64,000 bases of DNA, from contig JAUXAN010000004.1 of assembly GCA_030619885.1 (NCBI GenBank), positions 12,575 to 76,574 of the forward strand, in the 5' to 3' direction. Position numbers and translations under genes: made by a program. The first letter of the stretch is position 1; each line of letters begins with the position of its first letter. Positions 1 through 9,959 of the stretch are shown one piece after another. The DNA comes from a bacterium (GTDB lineage Bacteria > Hydrothermota > DG-26 > JAUXAN01). The notes under the pieces are model-generated. The model was not told the origin of the DNA. It saw only the letters and a list, made by a program, of their open reading frames with translations, and made no database searches.

Positions 1-88
1 ACTATGTTATAGTGCGAGGATGAATTTCGAAATTTGAATCGAGAGGAGGTAGAAAATAGAAAGCGATACTCAACCATAGGGATGTATT

Positions 89-114
89 CCGCACTTATGC
101 ATAAGTGTGGGATG
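89..114. repeat. Palindromic repeat CCGCACTTAT-N2-ATAAGTGYGGGATG (second copy at 51298-51326)
   Basis: ccgcacttatgcataagtgtgggatg read directly; near-identical hairpin 51 kb away. Confidence 0.6.
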
Positions 115-323
115 ACTCCAAAATGGGACAAGAAGAAGTTCGTATATAACAGGTTAGCCGAAATAAGCCCAATTTTATCAATGTTAAAAAAGATAGCCGT
201 GAATACGGGTATTATATTGGTGAAAATATTTGTTTTACTGACTCCTAATTCTCGAATTGCTACTGTAATTAGCATAAATGCTAAAGATGAACAAAAAATT
301 GAAAGAAAAATACGGGAGGAAAG

Positions 324-2894
324 ATGTTCAAAAATCGTTGGTTTTTAATAGTGTTTTCAGTATTCTTCTGGCAGGCATTTGTTTTAGCAGAAGAGAGTTC
401 TATCCCGGTTATCAACGCCGTTCGAACAGAAGAAGAAATCATTATTGATGGCCGTTTGAATGAATCTGTATGGCAAGGAGAAGGATATTCCGCACTTATT
501 CAGAAAGAACCCATAGAAGGTGCAGAACCAACAGCAAAAACAAACGTTTTAATTGCATATAATGAAAAGGGAATTTTTATTGCAGCAAGATGTTATCATA
601 CTGGTACCGATTCTATTATCGGAGGAATTGCCAGAAGAGATGAAATGGTTCAGTCCGATTGGTTCTGGTTCTGGATAGATCCTAATAAGGACGGTCATAA
701 TGGGTTTGGTTTTGCTGTCAATCCTGATGGCTCTATTATCGATAAAAAGCTTTATCAGGATATTTTAGACGATGAGGACTGGGATGGAGTTTGGGAAGCT
801 GCTGCAAAGAAATATAAAGATCATTGGACAGCGGAAATGTTTATACCCTATACCCAACTCCGGTTTGATAAAAAAGATGAATACGTAATGGGAATTAATT
901 TTATGCGCTATATTATTAAAAATGCTGAAGATGATTATTTTGTTATGGTACCCAAAAAAGAAACCGGCTTTGTTTCCAAATTCGGCTTTCTTGAAGGCAT
1001 CAAAGGAATTGAACCTCCATCAAGATTTCAAATTATGCCATATACTATGGCAAAAGCCAACGATATATCTGAAGGTAAAGACAGCCCTTTTTATGATGAT
1101 AATAAATATATGCAGAATATCGGTATTGATTTAAAATACGGATTAACAGGGAATTTAACCTTAGATTTGACCATGAATCCTGATTTTGGCCAGGCGGAAG
1201 TAGACCCGGCTGAGATTAATCTTTCTGCATTTGAAACTTATTATTCTGAAAAAAGAACTTTTTTTATTGAAGGTTCGGACATTTTCTCTTTTGGGGACAA
1301 TCCAGCCGGAGGGTTTTGGGGATGTTACTGGACTGGCCCGCAAATTTTCTACAGTAGAAGAATCGGAAGAAAACCTAAAGGGGATGCCTCTCATAGCGGA
1401 TTTGTAGACAAACCGGAGCAGACAACTATTTTGGGAGCTGCAAAAATAAGCGGCAGGATAGGAAATTGGTCGGTTGGTAGTATCAGTGCTGTTACCGATC
1501 GAGAATTTGCCAGAATTGATTCTTCCGGGATAAGATTTAAAGAGGAAATAGAACCTCTTACTTACTATGGGGTTTTAAGAAGCAGTAAAGAATTTGATAA
1601 AGGAAATCAGGGACTGGGGTTTATTCTGTCAGGACTCACAAGAGATTTAAGAACTCAGGGCCTAAAACAGATTTATAACCGGGATGCATTAGTTTTTGGA
1701 ATGGATGGATGGTCGTTCCTGAATAAAGAGAGAGAATGGGCGTTCATGGGAAAGTTCGCTTACTCTTATGCGGATGGGACAAAGGAAAGAATTCTGAACT
1801 TACAGCAGGAGTCAGTGCATTATTATCAAAGGCCTGATTTTGACTATGTTACTTTAGATTCTAACCGGACTTCACTATCCGGATATATGACAAGGGCTGG
1901 TCTGAAAAAAACAAAAGGGAATATTTCTTTTCAAACAGCTCTGGGAATCATTTCTCCCGGTTTTGAAACAAATGATTTAGGATTTACCTCGCGTACAAAT
2001 GTGATCAACATGCATGTTGTAGGAGGATATAACTGGTTTCAGCCCACTAAATGGTTCAGAAGGTCCAGTCTTTCTTTAATGACTTCAAGAAATTATGATT
2101 TCGAAAGGAATAGATTGTTTCAACAATATTATATTACGGGAGATATTACTTTTCTTAATTACTGGAGTATTAACTCCTGGTTACAAATTACACCAGATGG
2201 GTTGGACTTGTTTGAAACACGAGGCGGACCGGCTGTTGCATATCATGGATATAAGGATATTTATTTTGGAATCGGGTCAGACGACAGAAAAAAAATTAGA
2301 GTAAATGGAGGTATGCGTTATCAACTTGTTAATGATGGAGGATATTATAGAAGTTTCAATCTTGATTTTATTTATAACCCTTTCCCTTCCATAAAGTTGA
2401 CTCTTTCCGCTAACCTTGATAGAATGCTTACACATCAGCAATGGGTGACTAACCTTCCGGATTCCTCTGCGGTTTCTACTTATTACACAAAATATATTTT
2501 TTCAGACTTGGACCAAAAACGAAACTCAGGCACAATCCGACTTGATTGGGGATTCACTCCTAAAATATCATTTCAAATGTATATTCAACCTTATATTGCA
2601 GTAGGACAGTACTCTCATTTCAAGGAATTAACGGAAGAGGGCACCTATCATTTTAAAGAATATGATTATCAAGAGTCTAATCCGGATTTTAATTTTAAAT
2701 CTTTTAAGGCGAATATTGTTTTACGTTGGGAATATCGTCCCGGTTCTTTGATCTATTTAGTATGGACACAAAACCGGGAGAATTATGACAAACCCGGAGT
2801 TTATAATTTAAAGGATGATATCCAGTCTCTTTTAAAAGAAGATTCTGACAATATATTCCTGATTAAATTAACCTATTTATTCACTTTCCATTAA
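324..2894 (+). CDS. DUF5916-family exported protein with N-terminal CBM9-like domain; probable outer-membrane beta-barrel
   Basis: 856 aa, GGAGG RBS, signal peptide, IIIDGRLNESVW / NPDFGQAEVD / ETYYSEKRTFFIEG motifs, C-terminal KLTYLFTFH barrel-type end. Confidence 0.75.
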   Translation: MFKNRWFLIVFSVFFWQAFVLAEESSIPVINAVRTEEEIIIDGRLNESVWQGEGYSALIQKEPIEGAEPTAKTNVLIAYNEKGIFIAARCYHTGTDSIIGGIARRDEMVQSDWFWFWIDPNKDGHNGFGFAVNPDGSIIDKKLYQDILDDEDWDGVWEAAAKKYKDHWTAEMFIPYTQLRFDKKDEYVMGINFMRYIIKNAEDDYFVMVPKKETGFVSKFGFLEGIKGIEPPSRFQIMPYTMAKANDISEGKDSPFYDDNKYMQNIGIDLKYGLTGNLTLDLTMNPDFGQAEVDPAEINLSAFETYYSEKRTFFIEGSDIFSFGDNPAGGFWGCYWTGPQIFYSRRIGRKPKGDASHSGFVDKPEQTTILGAAKISGRIGNWSVGSISAVTDREFARIDSSGIRFKEEIEPLTYYGVLRSSKEFDKGNQGLGFILSGLTRDLRTQGLKQIYNRDALVFGMDGWSFLNKEREWAFMGKFAYSYADGTKERILNLQQESVHYYQRPDFDYVTLDSNRTSLSGYMTRAGLKKTKGNISFQTALGIISPGFETNDLGFTSRTNVINMHVVGGYNWFQPTKWFRRSSLSLMTSRNYDFERNRLFQQYYITGDITFLNYWSINSWLQITPDGLDLFETRGGPAVAYHGYKDIYFGIGSDDRKKIRVNGGMRYQLVNDGGYYRSFNLDFIYNPFPSIKLTLSANLDRMLTHQQWVTNLPDSSAVSTYYTKYIFSDLDQKRNSGTIRLDWGFTPKISFQMYIQPYIAVGQYSHFKELTEEGTYHFKEYDYQESNPDFNFKSFKANIVLRWEYRPGSLIYLVWTQNRENYDKPGVYNLKDDIQSLLKEDSDNIFLIKLTYLFTFH

Positions 2895-3471
2895 TGTAAT
2901 GAATAATCATTTCCACTCATTAAGAGGACTTTGAATATTCAAAAGAATATGATTCAAACGATTTTCTGGCAAATAGACATAAATATGCGAGGAATGTATA
3001 ACTTGGATTTTTGAGAGATTTAACTGGAATAATCCTCCAAGAGGTGTAATCCAAGAAATACAAAAGAAGTTTTTAGAAAAAAGAATATAGAATTACGTCG
3101 GCTAACGCCATTCAGAATTATTTTCTACTGAAAAAACTCCGACAGTCTTTATTGGAATGGAATATGCTCACTCTCACTTTAGCGTAGACCATCATGTAGA
3201 TATAGTGGGTGGAGATGTTCATTTTTTTCCAGTCGTCAAATTGACTATCTTGGGTGGTATTTCAAATTAAATATTCATTGCCCTTTCTCGAGAAATTTTG
3301 GTTATGGTTACACCCTGACTCTCGGTTACAAGACCACCAAACTTATCAACTCCTCCTCAAGTTATGAAGTGGAGGAAGGTGTTGAACTTTGGAAAATTAC
3401 ATAAAATGCTTGGGGAATTCTATTTTGGGGTTTCGTTTTTCAGTTAAATAAATCGAAGGGAGGTATGAAAA

Positions 3472-3606
3472 ATGAAAACTTTTTATAAATATATTCAATT
3501 ATTTACTATAGTTCCGTTGATTATCCTTGCTGAAGGAAGAGCGAATGGGCTTTTGCAATGCTCTAACCATCTCCGAGAGGATATATCCACTTTGCTGAAA
3601 TGTTGA
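3472..3606 (+). pseudogene. 44-aa ORF with strong RBS and signal-peptide-like start; likely 5' remnant of an exported-protein gene
   Basis: gggaggtatgaaaaATG then MKTFYKYIQLFTIVPLIILAEG...; translated by hand, below the ORF-track cutoff. Confidence 0.3.
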
Positions 3607-3691
3607 GTGAAGAATGAAGCTTTGAACCTAATTTATGTTTACTAACTCTATTGACAATCTTTAGTCTATTTATATCTTAAAAATTGAGCGA

Positions 3692-5971
3692 ATGAAGAGT
3701 TTTTTATCCACAATTAGAAGAAGAGTTGTAGTCTTCGACAGTCCGGTCCATACCCAATACAAAAGATATGGATTTCAGACTCTTCCCGATTCTCTCAACC
3801 TAACTCACCCCTCTTTTGTAAAGAAGATTCATACCGAATATTTAAAAGCGGGATGCGATGTGATTACTACAAATACCTTCAACAGTAACAGGGTCAAATT
3901 ATCAGAATTCAAACTGCAAGGGAGATTTGAAAAAATCAATAGAGAGGGCGTAAGACTTGCTAAAGAGGCTGCTAAGACTAAATTTGTTGCTGCATCTGTT
4001 GGTCCCACTGGAAAAGTGATTACCGATTCAGCAAAGAATGTCTACAAAGCCTTTGCTGAACAGGTGAAGATTTTTCAATCCGAAGATGTGGATGCGATCA
4101 TAATAGAAGCGATGGAGGATATAGTTGAGTTAAAAACCGCCATACTCGCATCAAAAGAGAACTCGACACTTCCAATAGTAGCCACGTTCTATTTTGAAAA
4201 AGCAGCAACTACCCCGGAAGTTGTGGCAGTAGTCACAGAGTCTATGGGAGTAGACGGAGTGGGTGTGGATTTTGAAGGGGATATAAATACTGCAAAAAGA
4301 ATACTTTCAAAGCTAATCCAATTTACTACCCTTCCCATACTCATTCGATTCGATTGGGAGAGGCTCTCTGTATCTGATTTGATAGACACTGGTGCAAATA
4401 TGATTGGGGGATGGTATGGCACCACCCCTGAACAGATCAGGAGCATCAAACCGAATATCCCTACAGGGAGAATAAAAAAGCGCACCCTCCCTTCTTGTAC
4501 ATATGTGAGTTCAAGAAAAAAGGTCGTCAAGATTGGTGATTTCCCAGTAGTCATCGGTGAGTCTATCAATCCGAGTGGCAAGAAAAGATTGCAGAAAGCG
4601 ATAAAAGATGGCGATTTCTCTCACATCGTTCAGCTTGCTGTTCGTGAGGCAAAAACAGGTGCAGATATACTCGATGTAAATTTGAGCGTTCCATCTACTG
4701 ATGAAACAGCAATTATGCCGAAAGTGGTTTCACTCCTGTCCAATTCAGTAGACCTTCCGCTATCCATCGATACGACCTCTATTAGAGTACTCGAGCAGAC
4801 GCTTCCTTTATATCCCGGTAAACTTCTGGTAAATTCCACCACCGGTGAAGAGAAAAAACTGAAAAGAATCCTTCCACTGATAAAAAGGTATGGTTCAGCC
4901 TTGATAGGATTAACCATAGATGAAGAAGGCATTCCGAAGAATGCAAAAAAGAGGGTTCAGATCGCAAAAAAAATCATAGAATGGTGTGCTGAGTATGGCA
5001 TCTCCAAATCGGATATAATAATCGACCCACTAACTTTAAGTATATCAACAGATACAGAAGCGGTTATGCAGACACTCGATGCCTTAAAAGAGATAAAAGA
5101 CAAATTATCTGTAGCCACAGTTCTTGGAATAAGCAATGTCTCCTATGGCTTACCGAATAGGAAGCTTCTAAACTCTATCCTCTTATCTATGGCAATTTCC
5201 CGTGGACTGGATGTTGCGTTTATGGACCCATTTGATAAAGCCATGTGGAACACCCTCTACTCCTCTGCCTTGCTCGCAAACAAAGACCCACACGTAAAGA
5301 GATTCCTCACATACTTTCAGCTCCTCTCTGTAAAAGAAACACACCACAGTCTGTACGATATAATTATCGAAGGGGATAAGGGGAAAGTACCATCTTTAGT
5401 AGAAGCATCACTCAAAGAAATGGAGCCCTTCTCTGTGGTGGATAAGGTGATTACACCCGCCTTAAAAGAGGTTGGCGAAAGATTCAACCGCGGTGAAGTT
5501 TTTATACCCCAGTTAATGCTATCGGCAGAGTCTGCAAAGATTGCTACAAACATAATCAGGGAAGAAATGGGTATGCACAGAGATAGTCTTTTTAATAAAG
5601 GAAAGATCGTATTTGCTACCGTGAGGGGAGACCTGCATGACATCGGGAAGAATATAGTGATTGCTGTGTTAGAAAATCACGGGTATGAGGTCATCGACCT
5701 TGGAAAAGATATCCCCTCGAAAAAAATCATCGAAGAAGCAATCTCAAGGAGAGCAGACATAATTGGACTTTCTGCTCTGATGACCACCACAATGTTGGAG
5801 ATGAAAAACCTGATCGAGGAGTTGCATAGGAGGAAAATCAATCTAAAGGTGCTGATTGGGGGCGCATGTGTTACCAGAAAATATGCAGACTCCATCGGTG
5901 CCAATGGCTACGCTAATGATGCGGTTGAGGCTGTAAAGATTGTTGAAAAACTGTTGGGGAGGAATGTATGA
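3692..5971 (+). CDS. metH: Cobalamin-dependent methionine synthase-like protein (degenerate Hcy-binding domain + pterin-binding MeTr domain + B12 cap/B12-binding domain; no reactivation domain)
   Basis: ASVGPTG, IGESINPSGKK, ISNVSYGLP, GDLHDIGKNIV (DxHxxG), SALMTTTM; the Zn-ligand Cys positions read GVDF and GGWYGTTP. Confidence 0.8.
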   Translation: MKSFLSTIRRRVVVFDSPVHTQYKRYGFQTLPDSLNLTHPSFVKKIHTEYLKAGCDVITTNTFNSNRVKLSEFKLQGRFEKINREGVRLAKEAAKTKFVAASVGPTGKVITDSAKNVYKAFAEQVKIFQSEDVDAIIIEAMEDIVELKTAILASKENSTLPIVATFYFEKAATTPEVVAVVTESMGVDGVGVDFEGDINTAKRILSKLIQFTTLPILIRFDWERLSVSDLIDTGANMIGGWYGTTPEQIRSIKPNIPTGRIKKRTLPSCTYVSSRKKVVKIGDFPVVIGESINPSGKKRLQKAIKDGDFSHIVQLAVREAKTGADILDVNLSVPSTDETAIMPKVVSLLSNSVDLPLSIDTTSIRVLEQTLPLYPGKLLVNSTTGEEKKLKRILPLIKRYGSALIGLTIDEEGIPKNAKKRVQIAKKIIEWCAEYGISKSDIIIDPLTLSISTDTEAVMQTLDALKEIKDKLSVATVLGISNVSYGLPNRKLLNSILLSMAISRGLDVAFMDPFDKAMWNTLYSSALLANKDPHVKRFLTYFQLLSVKETHHSLYDIIIEGDKGKVPSLVEASLKEMEPFSVVDKVITPALKEVGERFNRGEVFIPQLMLSAESAKIATNIIREEMGMHRDSLFNKGKIVFATVRGDLHDIGKNIVIAVLENHGYEVIDLGKDIPSKKIIEEAISRRADIIGLSALMTTTMLEMKNLIEELHRRKINLKVLIGGACVTRKYADSIGANGYANDAVEAVKIVEKLLGRNV

Positions 5972-6600
5972 TTGTAACAATAGAGAAAGATTTTGCAGAA
6001 GTCTTGAAAGTAACAAAAGAAGAAGATAACCTCTTTATATTTGGATGTGCAGGATGTGCTACACTATGTCAGACAGGGGGAGAAAAACAGGTGAAAGAAC
6101 TCGGAGTAAAATTGGAAAGCGAAGGTAAGGAGATCATCGGTTATTCAGTCTTGGATGTACCCTGTGATGAAAGAATAGTGCGAAAGGAGTTCAGAAATAA
6201 TAGTTCTATTCGGAATGCAGACTCTATTATTATAATGGCTTGCGGAGCAGGTATTCAATCTGTCCAGAAATTTTCTCCTATTCCAATCCATCCTGTGCTC
6301 GATTCTCTGTTTTTAGGCACCATAGAGAGGATAGGCAAATTTTATAACTACTGCTCCATCTGCGGTAACTGTGTGCTTGAAGATACGCAAAATCTCTGTC
6401 CTATTACCAGATGTGCTAAAGGTCTTTTAAACGGCCCATGCGGGGGTATGAATGAGGGAAAGTGTGAAGTAAATAGTGAATTAGATTGCGTATGGGTACT
6501 CATATACGAAGCGATGGAGAAAAAAGGTAATGTGAACAATCTAAAACTTTTCAGAGAACCGAGAAATTGGGTACAATCTTTCGTATTTAAATCTGAATGA
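5968..6600 (+). CDS. metV: Methylenetetrahydrofolate reductase Fe-S/Zn partner subunit (MetV, MTHFR C-terminal-like)
   Basis: GCAGCATLCQTGG, MACGAGIQ, CSICGNC...CPITRCAKGLLNGPCGG motifs; overlaps metH stop and metF start. Confidence 0.85.
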   Translation: MIVTIEKDFAEVLKVTKEEDNLFIFGCAGCATLCQTGGEKQVKELGVKLESEGKEIIGYSVLDVPCDERIVRKEFRNNSSIRNADSIIIMACGAGIQSVQKFSPIPIHPVLDSLFLGTIERIGKFYNYCSICGNCVLEDTQNLCPITRCAKGLLNGPCGGMNEGKCEVNSELDCVWVLIYEAMEKKGNVNNLKLFREPRNWVQSFVFKSE

Positions 6601-7448
6601 AATTTTGTGATATATTAAAGAGAAAAGAATTCGTTGTAACCTGCGAATTCTGTCCCCCTAAGGGAACGGATCTCACAGAAATGTTACAAAAAACAGAACT
6701 CGTTCGACCTTATGTAGACGCAATAAATGTAACTGACAATCAGAGAGCTCGACTTTACCCCTCATCCCTGGCAGTATCCCGCATCTTAAAAGAAAGAGGA
6801 TTTGAAGTTATCTGTCATCTAACCTGTCGTGATAGGAACAGGCTCTCCTTACAGTCAGACCTGCTCGGTGTTCATATTTTAGGGATAGAAAATATACTAT
6901 TTTTAAGTGGGGATCACCCCCTTTTAGGAGACCATCCCGAGTCTAAGCCTGTATATGACCTCGATGTCTCCCAATTGCTCCGCACAGCAAGCCATCTCAA
7001 GGAAGGGAAGACCCTGTCGGGAAAGAAATTGCAAAATAAGATCAGTCTTTGCACTGGTGCTGTGGTGAATCCAGAGGCAGAACCTCAGGAACTCCAGATT
7101 TTGATGATGGAAAAGAAGATAGTACTGGGTGCAGAGTTTTTTCAGACACAGCCGGTCTTTGATGTAGACAAGTATAGGAAATTCTATGATAGAGTGAAGG
7201 GGTTTGGTGCAAGGGTGTTGCCGAGCGTCCTGGTGATAAAATCGGCGAAATTTGCGAAAAATATGAGCAAGGTTCCAGGCATAAAAATCCCTGAAAAGTA
7301 TATAAAAAGATTGGAAAGAGCCCAAAACCCTTTAAAGGAAGGGCTAAAAATTGCAGATGAGATAATATTGGCTTTAAAAGAATTCAGCGGTGGAATTCAC
7401 ATAATGGCTCCTGGGATTGAGGAGAATATTCCACAACTTAAAATCTGA
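6597..7448 (+). CDS. metF: 5,10-methylenetetrahydrofolate reductase
   Basis: EFCPPKG, AINVTDNQ, HLTCRDRNRLSLQSDLLG, LSGDHP, FFQTQPVFD. Confidence 0.9.
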   Translation: MKFCDILKRKEFVVTCEFCPPKGTDLTEMLQKTELVRPYVDAINVTDNQRARLYPSSLAVSRILKERGFEVICHLTCRDRNRLSLQSDLLGVHILGIENILFLSGDHPLLGDHPESKPVYDLDVSQLLRTASHLKEGKTLSGKKLQNKISLCTGAVVNPEAEPQELQILMMEKKIVLGAEFFQTQPVFDVDKYRKFYDRVKGFGARVLPSVLVIKSAKFAKNMSKVPGIKIPEKYIKRLERAQNPLKEGLKIADEIILALKEFSGGIHIMAPGIEENIPQLKI

Positions 7449-7456
7449 ATTATGAC

Positions 7457-7771
7457 CTACAGAAGTTCCTCAGGGTCTATTAGTGCCTCTGTTCCATGCC
7501 TTATATCGGCAGGTTCGAGTTTAAACTTTCCCTGTTCCCATGATAAAATATGGCGGACAGTAGACTTTAACTTTTCTATAGTACTCTCATTTTGGCTCTC
7601 CGGAAGTGATCCCGATGGAACAGTGACAGATACTATCATCCCTCTTTTAAAAGTCACGCTCCCATGACCCATAGGGCTATCTATCGTTAATATCCCTGAA
7701 CGCTCGATTCTCTTGAGAAACTTTAAGAGGTCAAAATTTTTCATATCACGAAGATCTCCAACTAATGGCAT
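7457..7771 (-). CDS. DUF4388-like small protein
   Basis: GDLRDM...LK...RSGILTI...G.VTFKRGMIV...ILSWEQGKFKLEP pattern; GGAGG RBS. Confidence 0.65.
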   Translation of the reverse strand: MPLVGDLRDMKNFDLLKFLKRIERSGILTIDSPMGHGSVTFKRGMIVSVTVPSGSLPESQNESTIEKLKSTVRHILSWEQGKFKLEPADIRHGTEALIDPEELL

Positions 7772-7959
7772 AGGTATCCTCCAATACTACTTACGATTAT
7801 ACCTGGTGCTTTTTTCACCTTATCAACTATCGAAGAGAGACGGAATGGTTTCTCGAAGTATGCCAACGAACTCTTCTTAAAAAGCCCTTTTTATCAAGCA
7901 TTTTTCACCCTTTTTGGACAGCCCATACTTCTTTGTCCATTTTTATATGAAAATTTTTT

Positions 7960-9957
7960 CTATGTTGCTGTTGTTGTTCTATTTCTGAGTTCCTTCGATT
8001 TGTAGAGGGCATTGTCCGCCTTTTCTATCAAAGTTGACTTGTCGACCGCATCTTCTGGATAGGATGCAACACCTCCACTTATAGTGACTCTTATTTTTTT
8101 CGAATCTATCTTGAACCGTTTTTTCTCTACATCTTCTCTTGTTCTCTCGGCAAGGTTGGCTCCCCTCTCTTTTGAAAATCCAGGTAGTACCACGGCGAAT
8201 TCTTCACCCCCATATCTCACTGCAAAACCCATCCCTTTTGTCCATTTTTCTAGTATCTCTGCAATGCCCTTCAATATCACATCACCAGCAGGATGTCCAT
8301 AATTGTCATTCAATTCTTTGAAATGGTCTATGTCGAACATTACCAGAGAGAGGGATTTCCCCTTTGAGATTTCAGAAGATAGAATCTCCTGAAATCTTCT
8401 ATGATTAAAAAGCCCTGTAAGTCCATCTTTTATCGCTTGTTCTTCAACCTTTTCGTAACTCAACGCCTTCTCAATCGCTATACTTGCAAGGGAACCGATG
8501 GCAGAGAGTATCTCTCTGTCGCTGTCTCTGTATTTTGAAGAAAGTTTTGACTCAATCGTTAATGCACCAAAGACCCTTTCTTCATTTAGAAGTGGAACAC
8601 CTAAGAATGATTTAAATCTTCCTCCACCGAGATTGCCAAAGATATTTATGAATTTTTCCCTCTTTGTAAGATCGGTAAAATGTATAGAATTTCTGCTCTT
8701 TACTAAAACACCGATGAGACTTTCTTCCAGCGAGAAAGTAGCATTTTCCTCAAATACCCCTTCACCCTCACACCTTTGAATAGAGCCAAATCTGCCTTCT
8801 TCATCTATGAAGGATATGCAAATTCTGTCAAATGCAAAGATCTTCCCTATTGTATTGATTAGGAAATCAAAAATTTCTTTTTTCTTCAGTTTCTTATACA
8901 TCGTATTCGAGAGTTCATAAAGGGTGGATAGGTAAGATGCTGTGAGGTTCGATTGTATCCGAGCCCTTGCATAACTTAAAATAAAAGAGATCTGCCGAGA
9001 GAATCCCGAAAGCCTCTCCTTGTCGAGATACACAAATGCATCAGTCTCTTTGCTGTCTATAGCAAGAACACCTTCGCAGATGTCATTTATTCTCACAGGG
9101 GAAGCGAGGACTGAACCAACCTTCTCATTCAATGAATAATATCCTAACCCCTGTGAGCCTTCGGAGAAATTATTGTAAAGAATCGGTTTCTCAGTTTTAC
9201 CAACCCAGCCAACGAGAGTTCCTTCAGATATTAAAGTGCCGTCCTGTTTCATTTCCACTCTATCCGTTTTGTGCATTTTGAGTCTCAAGTTACCCTCTTC
9301 TTTAAGAAATAGACCGACTGTGTTACACCTGAAAGATTGATATACGAGATTTAAGAGTGTGCCCACAGCACTCTCGAAGGTATAGAATTCATCATGACTC
9401 GCTCCTTTCTCTTTAACAGACTTCAACAAAGCATCCTTATCAATATCGAATGGCTGTGGTCTTAAAATTTTTGTTCTCATCTTCATTGTGGAAATATGCT
9501 CAGTTTTATCCCTTCCTTTTAACATTCTCTCAAAAATGACTGTGAAAAACCCAAGTCCCGCTAATTTTAGAATAGGCATGAAAAGGTGTGTAGAATCGCG
9601 AGCAAATTGGGAAAGAAGTTCACAGGCTATGACGAGCGCAAAGATTCCAAAACCAATTTTAGAATTGGATAAAATAAATGTGAAAAGCATCAGGATGAAG
9701 TAAAATGGAAAAAGTTCTCCACCCGAGAGTTGTGTGAAGATAACGGTGAAGGTTGTCAGGATTAAGGGCAGTTTTATACCCACTTTAGTCCGTTCTCTAA
9801 TCAGTGATACATAGACCCCAGAATAGGTAGCAAAAAGTATAAAAAATGGGATGAAAGCTGGTTTGGCTGTGGTTTTGTAAAAAAGTCCAAAACAGGCAAG
9901 GACGAGGATAAGCAAGATTACGGAATAGAAGATCACATTGAACAATTTTTTTTTCAT
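7960..9957 (-). CDS. Membrane-anchored GAF-GAF-GGDEF diguanylate cyclase
   Basis: N-terminal TM helices, two GAF-like segments, DGLTGLFNHR, DIDHFKELND.YGH..GD, RYGGEEF. Confidence 0.92.
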   Translation of the reverse strand: MKKKLFNVIFYSVILLILVLACFGLFYKTTAKPAFIPFFILFATYSGVYVSLIRERTKVGIKLPLILTTFTVIFTQLSGGELFPFYFILMLFTFILSNSKIGFGIFALVIACELLSQFARDSTHLFMPILKLAGLGFFTVIFERMLKGRDKTEHISTMKMRTKILRPQPFDIDKDALLKSVKEKGASHDEFYTFESAVGTLLNLVYQSFRCNTVGLFLKEEGNLRLKMHKTDRVEMKQDGTLISEGTLVGWVGKTEKPILYNNFSEGSQGLGYYSLNEKVGSVLASPVRINDICEGVLAIDSKETDAFVYLDKERLSGFSRQISFILSYARARIQSNLTASYLSTLYELSNTMYKKLKKKEIFDFLINTIGKIFAFDRICISFIDEEGRFGSIQRCEGEGVFEENATFSLEESLIGVLVKSRNSIHFTDLTKREKFINIFGNLGGGRFKSFLGVPLLNEERVFGALTIESKLSSKYRDSDREILSAIGSLASIAIEKALSYEKVEEQAIKDGLTGLFNHRRFQEILSSEISKGKSLSLVMFDIDHFKELNDNYGHPAGDVILKGIAEILEKWTKGMGFAVRYGGEEFAVVLPGFSKERGANLAERTREDVEKKRFKIDSKKIRVTISGGVASYPEDAVDKSTLIEKADNALYKSKELRNRTTTAT

Positions 9958-9959
9958 CT

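Noticed and set aside
34-348. 104-aa ORF at the window start
   Set aside because: It runs through a palindromic repeat and the probable promoter/RBS of the next gene, with no protein-like motif
485-500. 14-nt match (tattccgcacttat) between the DUF5916 coding region and the palindrome at 85-98
   Set aside because: It is a half-site only and encodes ordinary residues (YSAL); chance cannot be excluded
3540-3691. SAM or cobalamin riboswitch before the metH-like gene
   Set aside because: No conserved riboswitch cores are visible, and a TTGACA..TATCTT promoter lies only ~13 nt before the ATG, leaving no room for one
7835-7880. Sigma54 site (TTGGCA...) upstream of the DUF4388 gene
   Set aside because: No GC at the -12 position with the required spacing
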